A stretch of 64,000 nucleotides of DNA from Thermodesulfobacteriota bacterium (lineage in GTDB: Bacteria; Desulfobacterota_D; UBA1144; Nemesobacterales; Mycalebacteriaceae), in NCBI GenBank assembly GCA_965198945.1, contig CBDAQI010000004.1, positions 64,001 through 128,000 of the forward strand, given 5' to 3'. Below the pieces are notes generated by a model that saw nothing but the letters and a program-made list of their open reading frames with translations, ran no database searches and was not told the DNA's origin. Below, piece after piece: positions 9,170-18,822 of the stretch (position 1 is the first letter of the stretch; each line of letters opens with the position of its first letter). The position numbers were made by a program, and so were the translations under genes.

Positions 9170-10366
9170 TCAGGAAAGGAGGGAGACGGCTTTTTCTACT
9201 CTGTTCATACCTTCTTCAATGTTCTCCATTGATGTTGCATATGAAATTCTGACATGGTTTTCCATTCCGAATTCCACACCGGGAACAACGGCGACTTCCG
9301 CCTGACTCAGCAGAAAATCGGCAAAATCAAGGCTGTTGCTTATCTTTCTGTCGCCGAACTTCGCGCCGGTAAATTTTTTGATTGAAGGGAAAATATAAAA
9401 TGCTCCCTGAGGGTTCAGACACTCAAATCCCATCTCCAAAACCCTTGAGACTATAAAGTCTTTTCTGCGTTCAAATTCCTCCGCACGTTTCTTTACGACT
9501 TCCTGACCGCCTGAGAGGGCTTCAATCGCGGCCATTTGCGCCATTGACGGCGGATTTGATGTGCATTGCCCCTGTATTCTTGACATGGCCGCAACCACAT
9601 CAGCATTTCCCGCCGCGTATCCTATTCTCCATCCGGTCATTGAGTAGGTTTTGGAGACTCCGTTTACCATAATGGAGTTTTTTTTCACATCCGCGCCCAG
9701 AGATGCAACCGGGGTATGGGTGGAGCCGCCATAAAGTATTTTGTCATATATTTCATCCGATATTATGAAGATTCCGGCATCCATTACCGCATTCACCACG
9801 GCTTGCAACTCTTTTTCATTATATGTTGAACCGGTTGGATTTGACGGATAGTTCAATATCAGCGCACGCGTCCGCGGAGAAATTTTTTCTTTCAAAGCTC
9901 CGGGTGTGAGTTTGAATCCGTCTTTGAGAAATGTTTCAACAATAACCGGAACAGCTCCCGCGAGCGCAATCTGAGCGGGATATGAAACCCAGTAGGGGGA
10001 GGGAACAATCACTTCATCTCCGGGATTGAGAACCGCCTGGGCTATATTGTAAAGAGTGTGTTTCGCTCCGCATGAGACCATTACTTCGTTCTGTGAATAT
10101 TCAATTCCGTAATCGTCTTTGATTCTTGCCGTTATTGCATTTTTTAGTTCCGGTATTCCGCCGACCGCGGTGTATTTGGTAAATCCGATTTGTATGGATT
10201 CAATCGCCGCATTCTTTACATTGCCCGGTGTGTCAAAATCCGGCTCACCCGCCCCGAATCCTATTACATCCACGCCCTCGGCCCGCAGCTCTTTCACCTT
10301 TGCCGTGATGGCAAGTGTCGCAGACTGTTTTATCCCCGCCGCTCTTTTGGAAATTTCTATGGTCAT
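9170..10366 (-). CDS. aspC: PLP-dependent aspartate aminotransferase
   Basis: GAGEPDFDTP, NYPSNPTG, SDEIY, SKTYSMTGWRIG. Confidence 0.92.
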   Translation of the reverse strand: MTIEISKRAAGIKQSATLAITAKVKELRAEGVDVIGFGAGEPDFDTPGNVKNAAIESIQIGFTKYTAVGGIPELKNAITARIKDDYGIEYSQNEVMVSCGAKHTLYNIAQAVLNPGDEVIVPSPYWVSYPAQIALAGAVPVIVETFLKDGFKLTPGALKEKISPRTRALILNYPSNPTGSTYNEKELQAVVNAVMDAGIFIISDEIYDKILYGGSTHTPVASLGADVKKNSIMVNGVSKTYSMTGWRIGYAAGNADVVAAMSRIQGQCTSNPPSMAQMAAIEALSGGQEVVKKRAEEFERRKDFIVSRVLEMGFECLNPQGAFYIFPSIKKFTGAKFGDRKISNSLDFADFLLSQAEVAVVPGVEFGMENHVRISYATSMENIEEGMNRVEKAVSLLS

Positions 10367-10390
10367 TTTTTCTTCCGCCTTTTCAGATTT

Positions 10391-10876
10391 TTATTTTCCG
10401 CGCAGTTTTTCCCGCAGGTTTTTCTCAACGAAATCCGGAATCAATCCCTCCGCCGAGCCGCCCAGGGCAACTATCTCTTTTATCAGGGATGAACTGATAT
10501 ACGAATAATTTGAGTCAGTAACCATAAACACCGTTTCAACTGCGGGGTTGAGAGATCTGTTTGCCGTTGCCATTTGAAATTCATATTCAAAGTCCGAAAC
10601 ATTTCTCATGCCTCTGATTATCATTTTTATTCCCTTCTCAGATGCGTAATTCATAAGCAGTCCGTCAAAACTTTCAACCCTGACATTGCCTTTGTTCTCA
10701 ACGGCGCTCCTGACCATTTCAACTCTTTCTTCGGATGAAAAAATGGCTTTTTTTGAGATTTTCTTTGCAACCGCAACGGTGATTTCATCAAACACTTGAG
10801 CTCCGCGCTCAATGATATTGAGATGTCCCAGTGTCAAGGGGTCAAAAGAACCCGGGTAAATTGCCGATGTTTTCAT
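10391..10876 (-). CDS. coaD: Phosphopantetheine adenylyltransferase
   Basis: YPGSFDPLTLGH, IRGMR..SDFEYE, ISSSLIKE. Confidence 0.96.
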   Translation of the reverse strand: MKTSAIYPGSFDPLTLGHLNIIERGAQVFDEITVAVAKKISKKAIFSSEERVEMVRSAVENKGNVRVESFDGLLMNYASEKGIKMIIRGMRNVSDFEYEFQMATANRSLNPAVETVFMVTDSNYSYISSSLIKEIVALGGSAEGLIPDFVEKNLREKLRGK

Positions 10877-11436
10877 TGTTTTATACTCGCCCGACCGCAC
10901 TCAAGGATGCTGACTGTTGTTCCCCCATAACGTTTATTAAGGCGTTTTGCTCCGTTTTCACTTTTTGCGCCAGCCGACGCGGTTTCATATTCTATTACAA
11001 TTCTTCCGTTTTCCGACAGCAGAGCCGAGAAGGCATCAGTCAAATCCTTTTCCGAAACCCGCTTGTAGAGCGCATATGGCGGCATAATAAAAACCAAATC
11101 AAAAAATTTCTTTTTTTCAAGCAGACGGGCGGATGTTTTTCTGTAGTCCGAATGCATAATCTCGCACCGGTCTTCAAAACCGCATTCTCTGATGTTATAA
11201 CGGATAATGTCAGCAACGTGCGAGCTTTTTTCAATAAACACAACCGAGTCCGCTCCCCTGCTCAGAGATTCTATTCCCAGAGCGCCCGATCCAGCGAAAA
11301 CGTCCAGAACTCTGGCGCCTTCAATATTTCCCAAGGTGTCAAACACAGACTTTTTCACCCGTGCCGCCATCGGGCGCACACCGCTTGAAGCGGTTCTGAT
11401 TTTTCTGCCTTTTGCCGAACCGGTTATTACGCGCAT
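10873..11436 (-). CDS. rsmD: 16S rRNA m2G966 methyltransferase
   Basis: MRVITGSAKGR, LDVFAGSGALGIESLSRG, PPY; canonical rsmD-coaD synteny. Confidence 0.93.
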   Translation of the reverse strand: MRVITGSAKGRKIRTASSGVRPMAARVKKSVFDTLGNIEGARVLDVFAGSGALGIESLSRGADSVVFIEKSSHVADIIRYNIRECGFEDRCEIMHSDYRKTSARLLEKKKFFDLVFIMPPYALYKRVSEKDLTDAFSALLSENGRIVIEYETASAGAKSENGAKRLNKRYGGTTVSILECGRASIKQ

Positions 11437-11463
11437 GGCGCTGGAAAGGATACTAAAAATTCC

Positions 11464-11805
11464 TTACTCCGCTTTTGCTTGCGGTTCAATGCCTTCGTAT
11501 TTGTGGAGTGAAGCCATCAGTTTTGATATATTGCTCAAACTTGGATTTCCCTCGGAACTGACCATTCTCATTACGCTTCGTGGCTTTTTGTCAACCATTT
11601 TTGCCAGTTTTTCAAACCCTACGGATGCGATTATGCAGTCCCGCAGTATGCCTTTTGCAATTTCCGGCTCTCCGTTGGCAAGACACTCCATCGCTTCTCT
11701 TAAACAGGCAACCCTGAGCTTCGGGCTTTTCCGCAAATCCTCTATCATTCTTTCCGAAAAATCCACAAGCATCTCGCTTTGCTGCGGTGTTAGTTTCAGT
11801 TCCAT
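11464..11805 (-). CDS. Addiction-module antidote protein (HTH antitoxin)
   Basis: LRDCIIASVGFEKLA...MVSSEGNPSLSN; downstream of RelE-like toxin. Confidence 0.8.
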   Translation of the reverse strand: MELKLTPQQSEMLVDFSERMIEDLRKSPKLRVACLREAMECLANGEPEIAKGILRDCIIASVGFEKLAKMVDKKPRSVMRMVSSEGNPSLSNISKLMASLHKYEGIEPQAKAE

Positions 11806-12167
11806 CGGACATCTCCCTCTTTCTTTCTTGCCTTGTATTCTACCCAAAGTTTCTTTGCGGTTTCAATATCGCGTCTCTGGCCTTTTTTCGTTCCTCCGCC
11901 GAGCAGGACGACCAACCTGTCGCCGTCTCTGCCGAAGTAAATGCGGTATCCGGGACCGAAATTCAAGCGGAATTCGCTCACGCCTTGCCCAATCGGTTTT
12001 GCGTTTGAAAAATTTCCTTCCCTCATACGCCTGACTGCAGTTTGAACCTTTGCCTCTGCCCTCTCGTCAAGACTATCAAGCCACTTCCCGAAAGGACTCT
12101 TGCCATCTTTACGCTTGTATTCAAAAATTATTATTTTGCTTTCCAGCAACACTTGCGGTTTGTCCAT
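11796..12167 (-). CDS. RelE/HigB-family addiction-module killer protein
   Basis: DGKSPFGKWLDSL, GVSEFRLNFGPGYRIYF, LLGGGTK. Confidence 0.9.
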   Translation of the reverse strand: MDKPQVLLESKIIIFEYKRKDGKSPFGKWLDSLDERAEAKVQTAVRRMREGNFSNAKPIGQGVSEFRLNFGPGYRIYFGRDGDRLVVLLGGGTKKGQRRDIETAKKLWVEYKARKKEGDVRWN

Positions 12168-12297
12168 TAATTTGGGAGATAGAGCGTTCTAATGGTGGAA
12201 AGAATACTGAAAGAAGTTTGAAGAGTGAAGTTGTCTGCACTGATTGTGCTTCAAACTATCCGCTTCTTGATATATATTCAGCGGTGGAGACGAAGCG

Positions 12298-12504
12298 ATG
12301 AGACAAGTAATGATTTACCCCGGTGAAGACAGCTACTGGGTTGCCGAATGTCCGAGTCTGCCCGGTTGCATATCTCAGGGGAAAACAAAACCGGAAGCCA
12401 TTTCCAATATCAAAGAAGCGATTGACGGATATATCGCCTCTCTTGAAGATGACGGAATGTCCGTTCCGAAAGAAGATTTTGGCGCGATGGTTGTCGCGGT
12501 ATGA
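12298..12504 (+). CDS. hicB: HicB-like antitoxin (short UPF0150 type)
   Basis: WVAECPSLPGCISQGKTKPEAISNIKEAI. Confidence 0.88.
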   Translation: MRQVMIYPGEDSYWVAECPSLPGCISQGKTKPEAISNIKEAIDGYIASLEDDGMSVPKEDFGAMVVAV

Positions 12505-12638
12505 CCGCTTTGCCCGTTGTTTCGGGGCGGAATTGCGCAAAAGCGCTCGGTAAAGTCGGATTTGTTAAGAAGATGAATAATCGTGGCCGTGATTGTGGAA
12601 CAAACAAAGCGTCATCCACGACCAGGTCCCCAGCTTGA
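12501..12638 (+). pseudogene. hicA: Truncated HicA toxin
   Basis: ATGA-coupled to hicB; MTALPVVSGRNCAKALGKVGF then loses similarity before the GSH motif. Confidence 0.65.
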
Positions 12639-12647
12639 CCGGCGGCT

Positions 12648-13037
12648 TTATGAGTGCAGTTCGATCAATTGAATAAGGTTGCCGCAAGTGTCATCAAAAA
12701 TCGCTGTTTTGGCTTCGCCGGCTTTCATTGGCGGTTGCGTGAAGGTGACGCCCGCGGCCTGAAGTCTTTCCACCTCAGCTTCAATGTCATCAACGCTGAA
12801 TGCGGTGAACGGGATGCCGTTCGCCACGAGCGCTTCCTGAAAGGCGCGCGACGCGGGGTGCGCATTGGGCTCCAGCGCCAATTCCACGCCGTCTGGTTCT
12901 TCCGCTGAAACAACGGTGATCCAACGATGCTCCCCAAGCGGAATATCATGCTTGATTACAAACCCCAGCGTTCTAGTGTAGAAAGCCAGGGCTTTCTCTT
13001 GGTCCTCAACGACCACGCTCTTTATGTACATTTTCAT
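12648..13037 (-). CDS. VOC/glyoxalase family protein
   Basis: VEDQEKALAFYT, VELALEP, FDDTCGNLIQL; RBS GAGGTG. Confidence 0.9.
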   Translation of the reverse strand: MKMYIKSVVVEDQEKALAFYTRTLGFVIKHDIPLGEHRWITVVSAEEPDGVELALEPNAHPASRAFQEALVANGIPFTAFSVDDIEAEVERLQAAGVTFTQPPMKAGEAKTAIFDDTCGNLIQLIELHS

Positions 13038-13039
13038 TT

Positions 13040-13295
13040 CGCACCTCTTTATAAAGAATGGCTGGAACCAGGGATTGACAGTGTCCTTGAACGAAGCAAC
13101 CGTCAGCAAATGAGCTTTTTTCCGCTCCCGCTAGGCGGTGCTGATCAATCCTGCCTGCTCAAGCGTATTCAAGTGTCGGGTAATATCTCTGCAAATGCTA
13201 CAGAACGTTCCTCGGTAAGGTAAGCGCACAGCTCAAACAGGCTTTGATCATTCCGTTTTCTCAGCTGTTTGAGAATTAAGAGAAGCGTATCGTCG
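13040..13295 (-). pseudogene. ArsR/SmtB regulator remnant upstream of VOC gene
   Basis: Manual translation GDDTLLLILKQLRKRNDQSLFELCAYL / ITRHLNTLEQAGLISTA*; frameshift, nonsense codon, 5' end replaced by rsmD fragment. Confidence 0.65.
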
Positions 13296-13582
13296 CCGAA
13301 CGCATAATCTCGCACTGGTCTTCAAAACCGCATTCTCTGATGTTCTCACCGATAATGTCCGCCACGCGAGGGCTTTTTTCAATAAATACAACCGAGTCCG
13401 CGCCTCTGCTGAGATTCTATTCCCAGAGCGCCTGATCCAGCGAAAACATCCAGAACTCTGGCGCCTCCGGTATCTCCTAAAGTGTCAAACACAGACTTTT
13501 TCACCCGTGCCGCCATCGGGCGCACACCTTTTGCGGCGGTTTTGATTTTTCTGCCTTTTGCCGAGCTGTTTATTACTCTCAT
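13296..13582 (-). pseudogene. rsmD: Diverged duplicate of the 5' ~285 bp of rsmD
   Basis: Direct repeat of ~11149-11436 (MRVINSSAKGRKIKTAAKGVRPMAARVKKSVFDTLG), frameshifted and truncated. Confidence 0.9.
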
Positions 13583-13640
13583 ATCCCAACAAAGAATACC
13601 GAAAGGGTGTGGAGGTTTGAAGGGGAGTATTAAAGTTTGA

Positions 13641-16600
13641 ATGAAAATTGAAGTAAAGATACAATAAAACGTTTTGAACAACCGGCGATTTACTGCTTCA
13701 GCGCGTCTCGGAGTGTGGGACGCCCTTGATGGCGGACATGGTAGTTTTGTTAAGTTTCTGAATAACGTTTCTCAAACTAATGCCCACGCTGTCATTGAAT
13801 CTGACAGCTTTGAGTTTGCCGATACTAAAGATGATACTATTGCCTCACTAACTGCTATCTGCGACAAAATTATTGTCCGTGGTAATCCAACACTACTGGA
13901 TCTAAAATCCGAACGCCTATTGATGAGCGGACTTTGCCAGCAGTTTCTGGGAGCGGAAGAATTGAACGAAGGACCCACGGTTGGGTTCCGCTTTTCCGGT
14001 GGTTTTAACAAAGATAGAGAACTTCGTGCCGCCCTTGAGGAACTACTGCTTCTTCCCTTTTCAGGCAATTTCCCTTCCCGCGAACTGACTTCTAAAATGA
14101 GAGAAAGCGTTGGTGACGAAGAAGACAGGTTTTTTGACCAGTTCAAATCTGTTTTTGGTAAAGGACTTTCGCTGTTCCTTCACAGTCAGATTAAAATCAC
14201 AGATTTGGCGCAGTATCAGAGGATTGATTCACAATTAAGTAACAGCAGAGTTGACTTTGTTTTCAATGCGAACGGTATCCGCTGGGTTTTTGAAATAGAT
14301 GGTGAACAGCACAAAGAAGCAGCACAAAAGTCTTTGGACAAAAAGAGAGATGCTTTCCTCAAAGAACACGGATGGAACGTTTACCGGTTTTCAAATGAGG
14401 ATGTTCGTCAGGGACTGGAAAAACAACTTTTGGATTTAATGAATTAGGGGATTTGCAATAAGATTCAATACAAGAGGCAGTTTCCAAATCAGAAAACCAC
14501 GCTGTTGCTCTTTACTCGGTTTTATTTCCAATTGCTTTGCAACGGTGTCTTCGCGGGTTGCTCTATCTTTATTTCTGTGAAGTTCTTGATCCCCGCAAAA
14601 GGCAGAGATTGTTGGTCATAGAAGAGGATTTGCCCGTTTTTGCAGAAGCATTTCGAGTTTTTCAAGTCATCTGGGAGAAAATAAACATTCTTACACAGAA
14701 TACGCCAACCCGCTCCCAAACCGGAAATTGACATCGTTTTAGCGAGTGACTTTGCGGATAAGCGCTTCACGGATTCCGAACAGGATAGTGTGCGTTTTGT
14801 TGATTCCCCGAATGGTAATTATGATTTGATTCTCTCTCACAGTTCTTTTTTGTTTGCAGGAGATATTGGACACAAAGAGAAGGTTCATACGGACAAACGC
14901 AATGAGAAAATTGTGCGTATGAGACGTGCTGTAGGTTTATGCGTTGAGCGTTCACTGCAACGGTTTTCGCCTTTACGCTATGAACTTGCCGACCTTGAAG
15001 AGATGATTTCTCAACAAAACTGCGAGAAACTCTCAGCGGGTGCGGAGAGAAAACGGGAAGCACTCCTGTTTTTTTGAGGAATGTATTCGGTAAACGCGAC
15101 TTCCGGGAAGGACAGTTGCGTGTAATTATCCGCCTTCTACAAAGAAAATCCTCAATTGTACTTTTGCCGACCGGCGCAGGGAAGTCTCTCACCTACCAAC
15201 TCAGCGGCCTTCTTTTGCCCGGTATGACACTTGTTGTCGACCCGCTTGTGGCTCTTATGAATGATCAGGTCCAGAATCTGCAAGCTGCCGGGATAGATAT
15301 AGTAGATTCCATAAGCAGCGGTGATCCGTCTTCCAGAAGTGCGGTTTTAGAAAAAATGCAGAATGGTGAGATTGCGTTCCTGTTTATATCTCCGTAGCGC
15401 TTGCAATCCCAGGAGTTCCGGAATCATTTGAGGGCTGTGGTTAATGATTTTCCCGTCTCTCTTGCTGTCATTGATGAGGCGCATTGTGTGTCGGAATGGG
15501 GACATGATTTCCGTCCGTCTTATCTGCATTTGTCTCGCAATTTGAAACACTACTGCGGTGGCGTTAATAACAACCCGCCGACATTTGTGGCACTTACAGG
15601 CACAGCATCTTTTGATGTTCTTACTGACATTCAAATGGAAATGGAGGTCCAAGATGAGGAAGCAGTTGTTTTGCCTAATTCATTTGACCGTCCAGAGTTG
15701 AGGTTTGATGTTCGCGTAGTTCAGTCCAGAGAAAAGATGGGTAAATTGATTGAGATCAAGAGAAATTTGCCCCGCACTTGAGGCTTAACCCTCAGAACTT
15801 CGGTGATTTAAGAGGGGATGAAACAAACTGCGGCATTGTCTTTTGTCCACACGTCAATGGGACCCTTGGTGTTGTGCAAGTTGCTGAAAGACTTGGACAT
15901 AAAAACTACTATTCCGGTAGCAAGCCCAGAGCGTTTCAAGGAAGTGATCAACAGTGGAACCAAAGAAAGATTTCTGTCCAAGAGGACTTTAAAAGAAACG
16001 CCTCCCAGGAGCTTGTTGCCACCAAGTCTTTTGGCATGGGGATTGACAAACCCAACATTCGTTACACAGTTCACTACACCATGCCTCAGTCTGTTGAAGC
16101 GTTCTATCAGGAGGCTGGGCGGGCTGGCAGAAACGGCAGGCAAGGATATGCTTTGTGTTCAATTATTTACAGTGATGATAATTGGGACTATGCCCAGGAA
16201 CTACTCAATGAGCCGGACCATAGCAAAGCCCGCAAGAAATTTGAAACAAACAAAGTTAAATGGGATGACAGAGGTGATATTCTCACCCTGCTTTGGTTTT
16301 TATTCAATTCATATCAAGGACAAGATGAAGGAGAAAAAGCATTTGATTTTTGGAAGCGGAACCTTGCTCCGAAAGTCGAACGTTTGCCGATTGGAGCGAA
16401 AAATACGGCAGATATTTCTTTCACATCTGAAAAAGACCGTGAAACCAAAGAGAAGTCTATTTTTAGACTCATGTTGCTGGGTGTAGTTGATGACTACACG
16501 ATTGATTGGCAGAAAAAACATTTTGCAGTTCAAGTTAATCAAACAGACTCTCTTAAGATCAGGGAACACCTTCACAAATATCTAAGTCAATACAAACTTG

Positions 16601-17322
16601 GAGACTATGCTGAAAAAAAGTTGAAATCATTTCCCCAAGATACGGTTGAGAACTCACTGCAAAAAGCGCTCAGTATCATGATTGATTTCATCTACGATGA
16701 AGTTGTTGCAAAGCGTAAACAGGCCCTTCGCACAATGGGCGAGTTGTGCCGCAATTTTAAAGACGGTGAAAACTTTCGTGAGTCCATTCTTTCATATCTG
16801 CAAGAGTCTGAGTTTTCAGATGAATTGAAAAAGTGGGTTGGCTCTAGTTACAACGACATTGGACTTGAGCGCATAGACAAATTGTTAAAACAAGTTGACG
16901 GACTTGACCAGGCCAAACGACTTGTAGGCACAACGCGTCGCATGTTGGATGAAGACCTGGGAAACTTGGCTCTCCGTTATCTTTCCGTTTGCGCTCGCAC
17001 CATAAGCGAGACGGAAAGTGACAAAGGTATTCTTGATGAAACCAGAACATTAGCAACTCAGATTCAATTGCAGAGAAAAGACTTAAAAGATTGTGATGAT
17101 ATTCTCATTTCTCTCTCGCTTTACATAGATTCCAAGCGGAGTTCCTTGTTGAATAGAGTTGGCAAAATCATTTTTACCCATGCTGGAACGTATGCCTTTT
17201 CGCGGCGTGTATTGAAATCTGGACTTTTGCACAACAAGGTTTTTTATGAAAATTCGGTTGAATTAATTAGCCTCAAAGTTTTTCAAACCTTAAAAGAGAT
17301 GAAGTTTCTCAAAAGCAAATAA
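13641..17322 (+). pseudogene. Large RecQ-like helicase with N-terminal DUF559/Vsr-like nuclease domain, multiply disrupted
   Basis: RVDF...FEIDGEQH...D..RD; LPTGAGKSLTYQL, IDEAHCVSEWGHDFRPSY, FGMGIDKPNIR, YQEAGRAGR; in-frame stops at 13665, 14445, 15395 and several frameshifts. Confidence 0.85.
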
Positions 17323-17338
17323 TTGTTAAAGTCCCGAT

Positions 17339-17974
17339 ATGTCAGATCCTAACAAAATTTTAGAACTGGAAGAAACATTGGAGAAATTGGTTTCTGAACT
17401 TAACCGTATGAAAACTGCGGCGGAAACCCTTCAAGATGCGGGAAAACGCATGGATGAGGTTTTGGGTGCCGCAGAAAATATTGCGACTAAAACAAAACAG
17501 GTTCCGGCTCACATAAAAGGTTTTATAGATGAGACTGAAAAATCTGTGGAACAAGTTATAAGTGAGTCTAAGAAGGTATTAGAAACTCTTTCTAAAACTG
17601 ATTTTAATAAACTTGCGGAAGCCGTTACTACAATCAAATCAGATATAGAGTCTCTTGAGGATGAGTTCCAGAATAGCAACAGACAGACTATAAGTGAATT
17701 GGGTGAAGTTAGGAGCAAGGTTTCTGAAATTGAGTCCTCGGTGCAGGTGTTCAGGAATGAGTTCCGAACTGAAAGAGGGAAAATTGAAGAGGATATTGGC
17801 GGAGTTGATAGCAGGCTTGTTGCTGTTGAGTCTATAATAGAGAAGATGAATCAAAAATCAAAGACAAGACAGTATGTGACAATGAGCTTTGTCATTTTGA
17901 CATTTTTCGTTGCTCTCGCTGTTCTTTTGGGAATATTTGCCCCAAGTGTTATGGAATTGACTTTGCCCTTTTAA
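17339..17974 (+). CDS. Coiled-coil protein with C-terminal transmembrane helix
   Basis: Heptad-rich E/K/L sequence; hydrophobic tail YVTMSFVILTFFVALAVLLGIFA. Confidence 0.75.
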   Translation: MSDPNKILELEETLEKLVSELNRMKTAAETLQDAGKRMDEVLGAAENIATKTKQVPAHIKGFIDETEKSVEQVISESKKVLETLSKTDFNKLAEAVTTIKSDIESLEDEFQNSNRQTISELGEVRSKVSEIESSVQVFRNEFRTERGKIEEDIGGVDSRLVAVESIIEKMNQKSKTRQYVTMSFVILTFFVALAVLLGIFAPSVMELTLPF

Positions 17975-17983
17975 TTCAGTTAT

Positions 17984-18697
17984 TCACCCCTCCGCCATTA
18001 TTTCAATAATTCGCGGGGCAAGGCAGTTCAGCATCAGGGTTTGCATTGGCGATTCATCGCCGGTTTGGTAGAAGTCAATCATCAGGCGGTTGAATTCAAG
18101 CTGCTTGCTTGCGGGCAGATTGATAACGGGCAATCCGCATGAGAGCAGAATGCCGTTCATCATTATTCTGCCAATGCACTTGTTGTCATCATAAAAAAAC
18201 TGTGTTCTTGCCATTTACAGAAAAAGGGATACGGAGTTAGCGTAGGTTCGCTCAATGTCCGCTTCCCGTTGATATAAAAAAGCGGTGTGTTTTTCCTCCA
18301 ACTTCCGCCATTTTTCTCTCAACTCCGAGGCATTCGGCGGTTCGTAATCCGTGCCGGCCATTGTAACGCCGCCGTCTCTGAATTTTTCCCACAAAAGCGC
18401 TTCCCGCTTTGCGAGAATTCCGTGCAGTTCGCAAACAAAACTTTCAGAAAGATTGAATTCATCGGTTTCCAGCCGCTTTAAGAGAAACTTCCACGTTTCC
18501 GCCTGATTCAGCGCAATGGTTTCGTCTTCCAATCGGTGTCCGCCAACTGTTACGCCGTCAAGCAAGGTTTGCACTTCGGGCAGGGTGAAGTTCACCCCTT
18601 CAAGGTTCACCGCATCGCAGACCAATTCGGGCAACTGTTTTGCGGCAAGCAGAACGGCTTTTTTGCGGTTTGGTTTGATTTTTGAAAGGTCAGGCAT
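17984..18697 (-). pseudogene. Fic-domain protein split by in-frame TAA
   Basis: DAVNLEG..FTLPEVQTLLDGVTVGGH; SLFL*MARTQFFYDDNKCIGRIMMNG continues in the same frame. Confidence 0.8.
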
Positions 18698-18822
18698 TGG
18701 AGGCAATAATATACGCTTCGGCCGGGAAAATTGAATGGGCGCACGAAACAAACCGCTGATTGATTAAGCTCCGTATTTGTAATATAGTAAAGGAATTCCA
18801 AACCTTTTCCGGTTTTCAAAAT

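Noticed and set aside
11207..12034. 275-aa + strand ORF
   Set aside because: Antisense to rsmD and the TA pair, which have clear family motifs
13641..18697. Stop-codon reassignment explaining in-frame stops
   Set aside because: TAA, TAG and TGA all terminate normal genes in this window and frameshifts co-occur, so pseudogenisation is simpler
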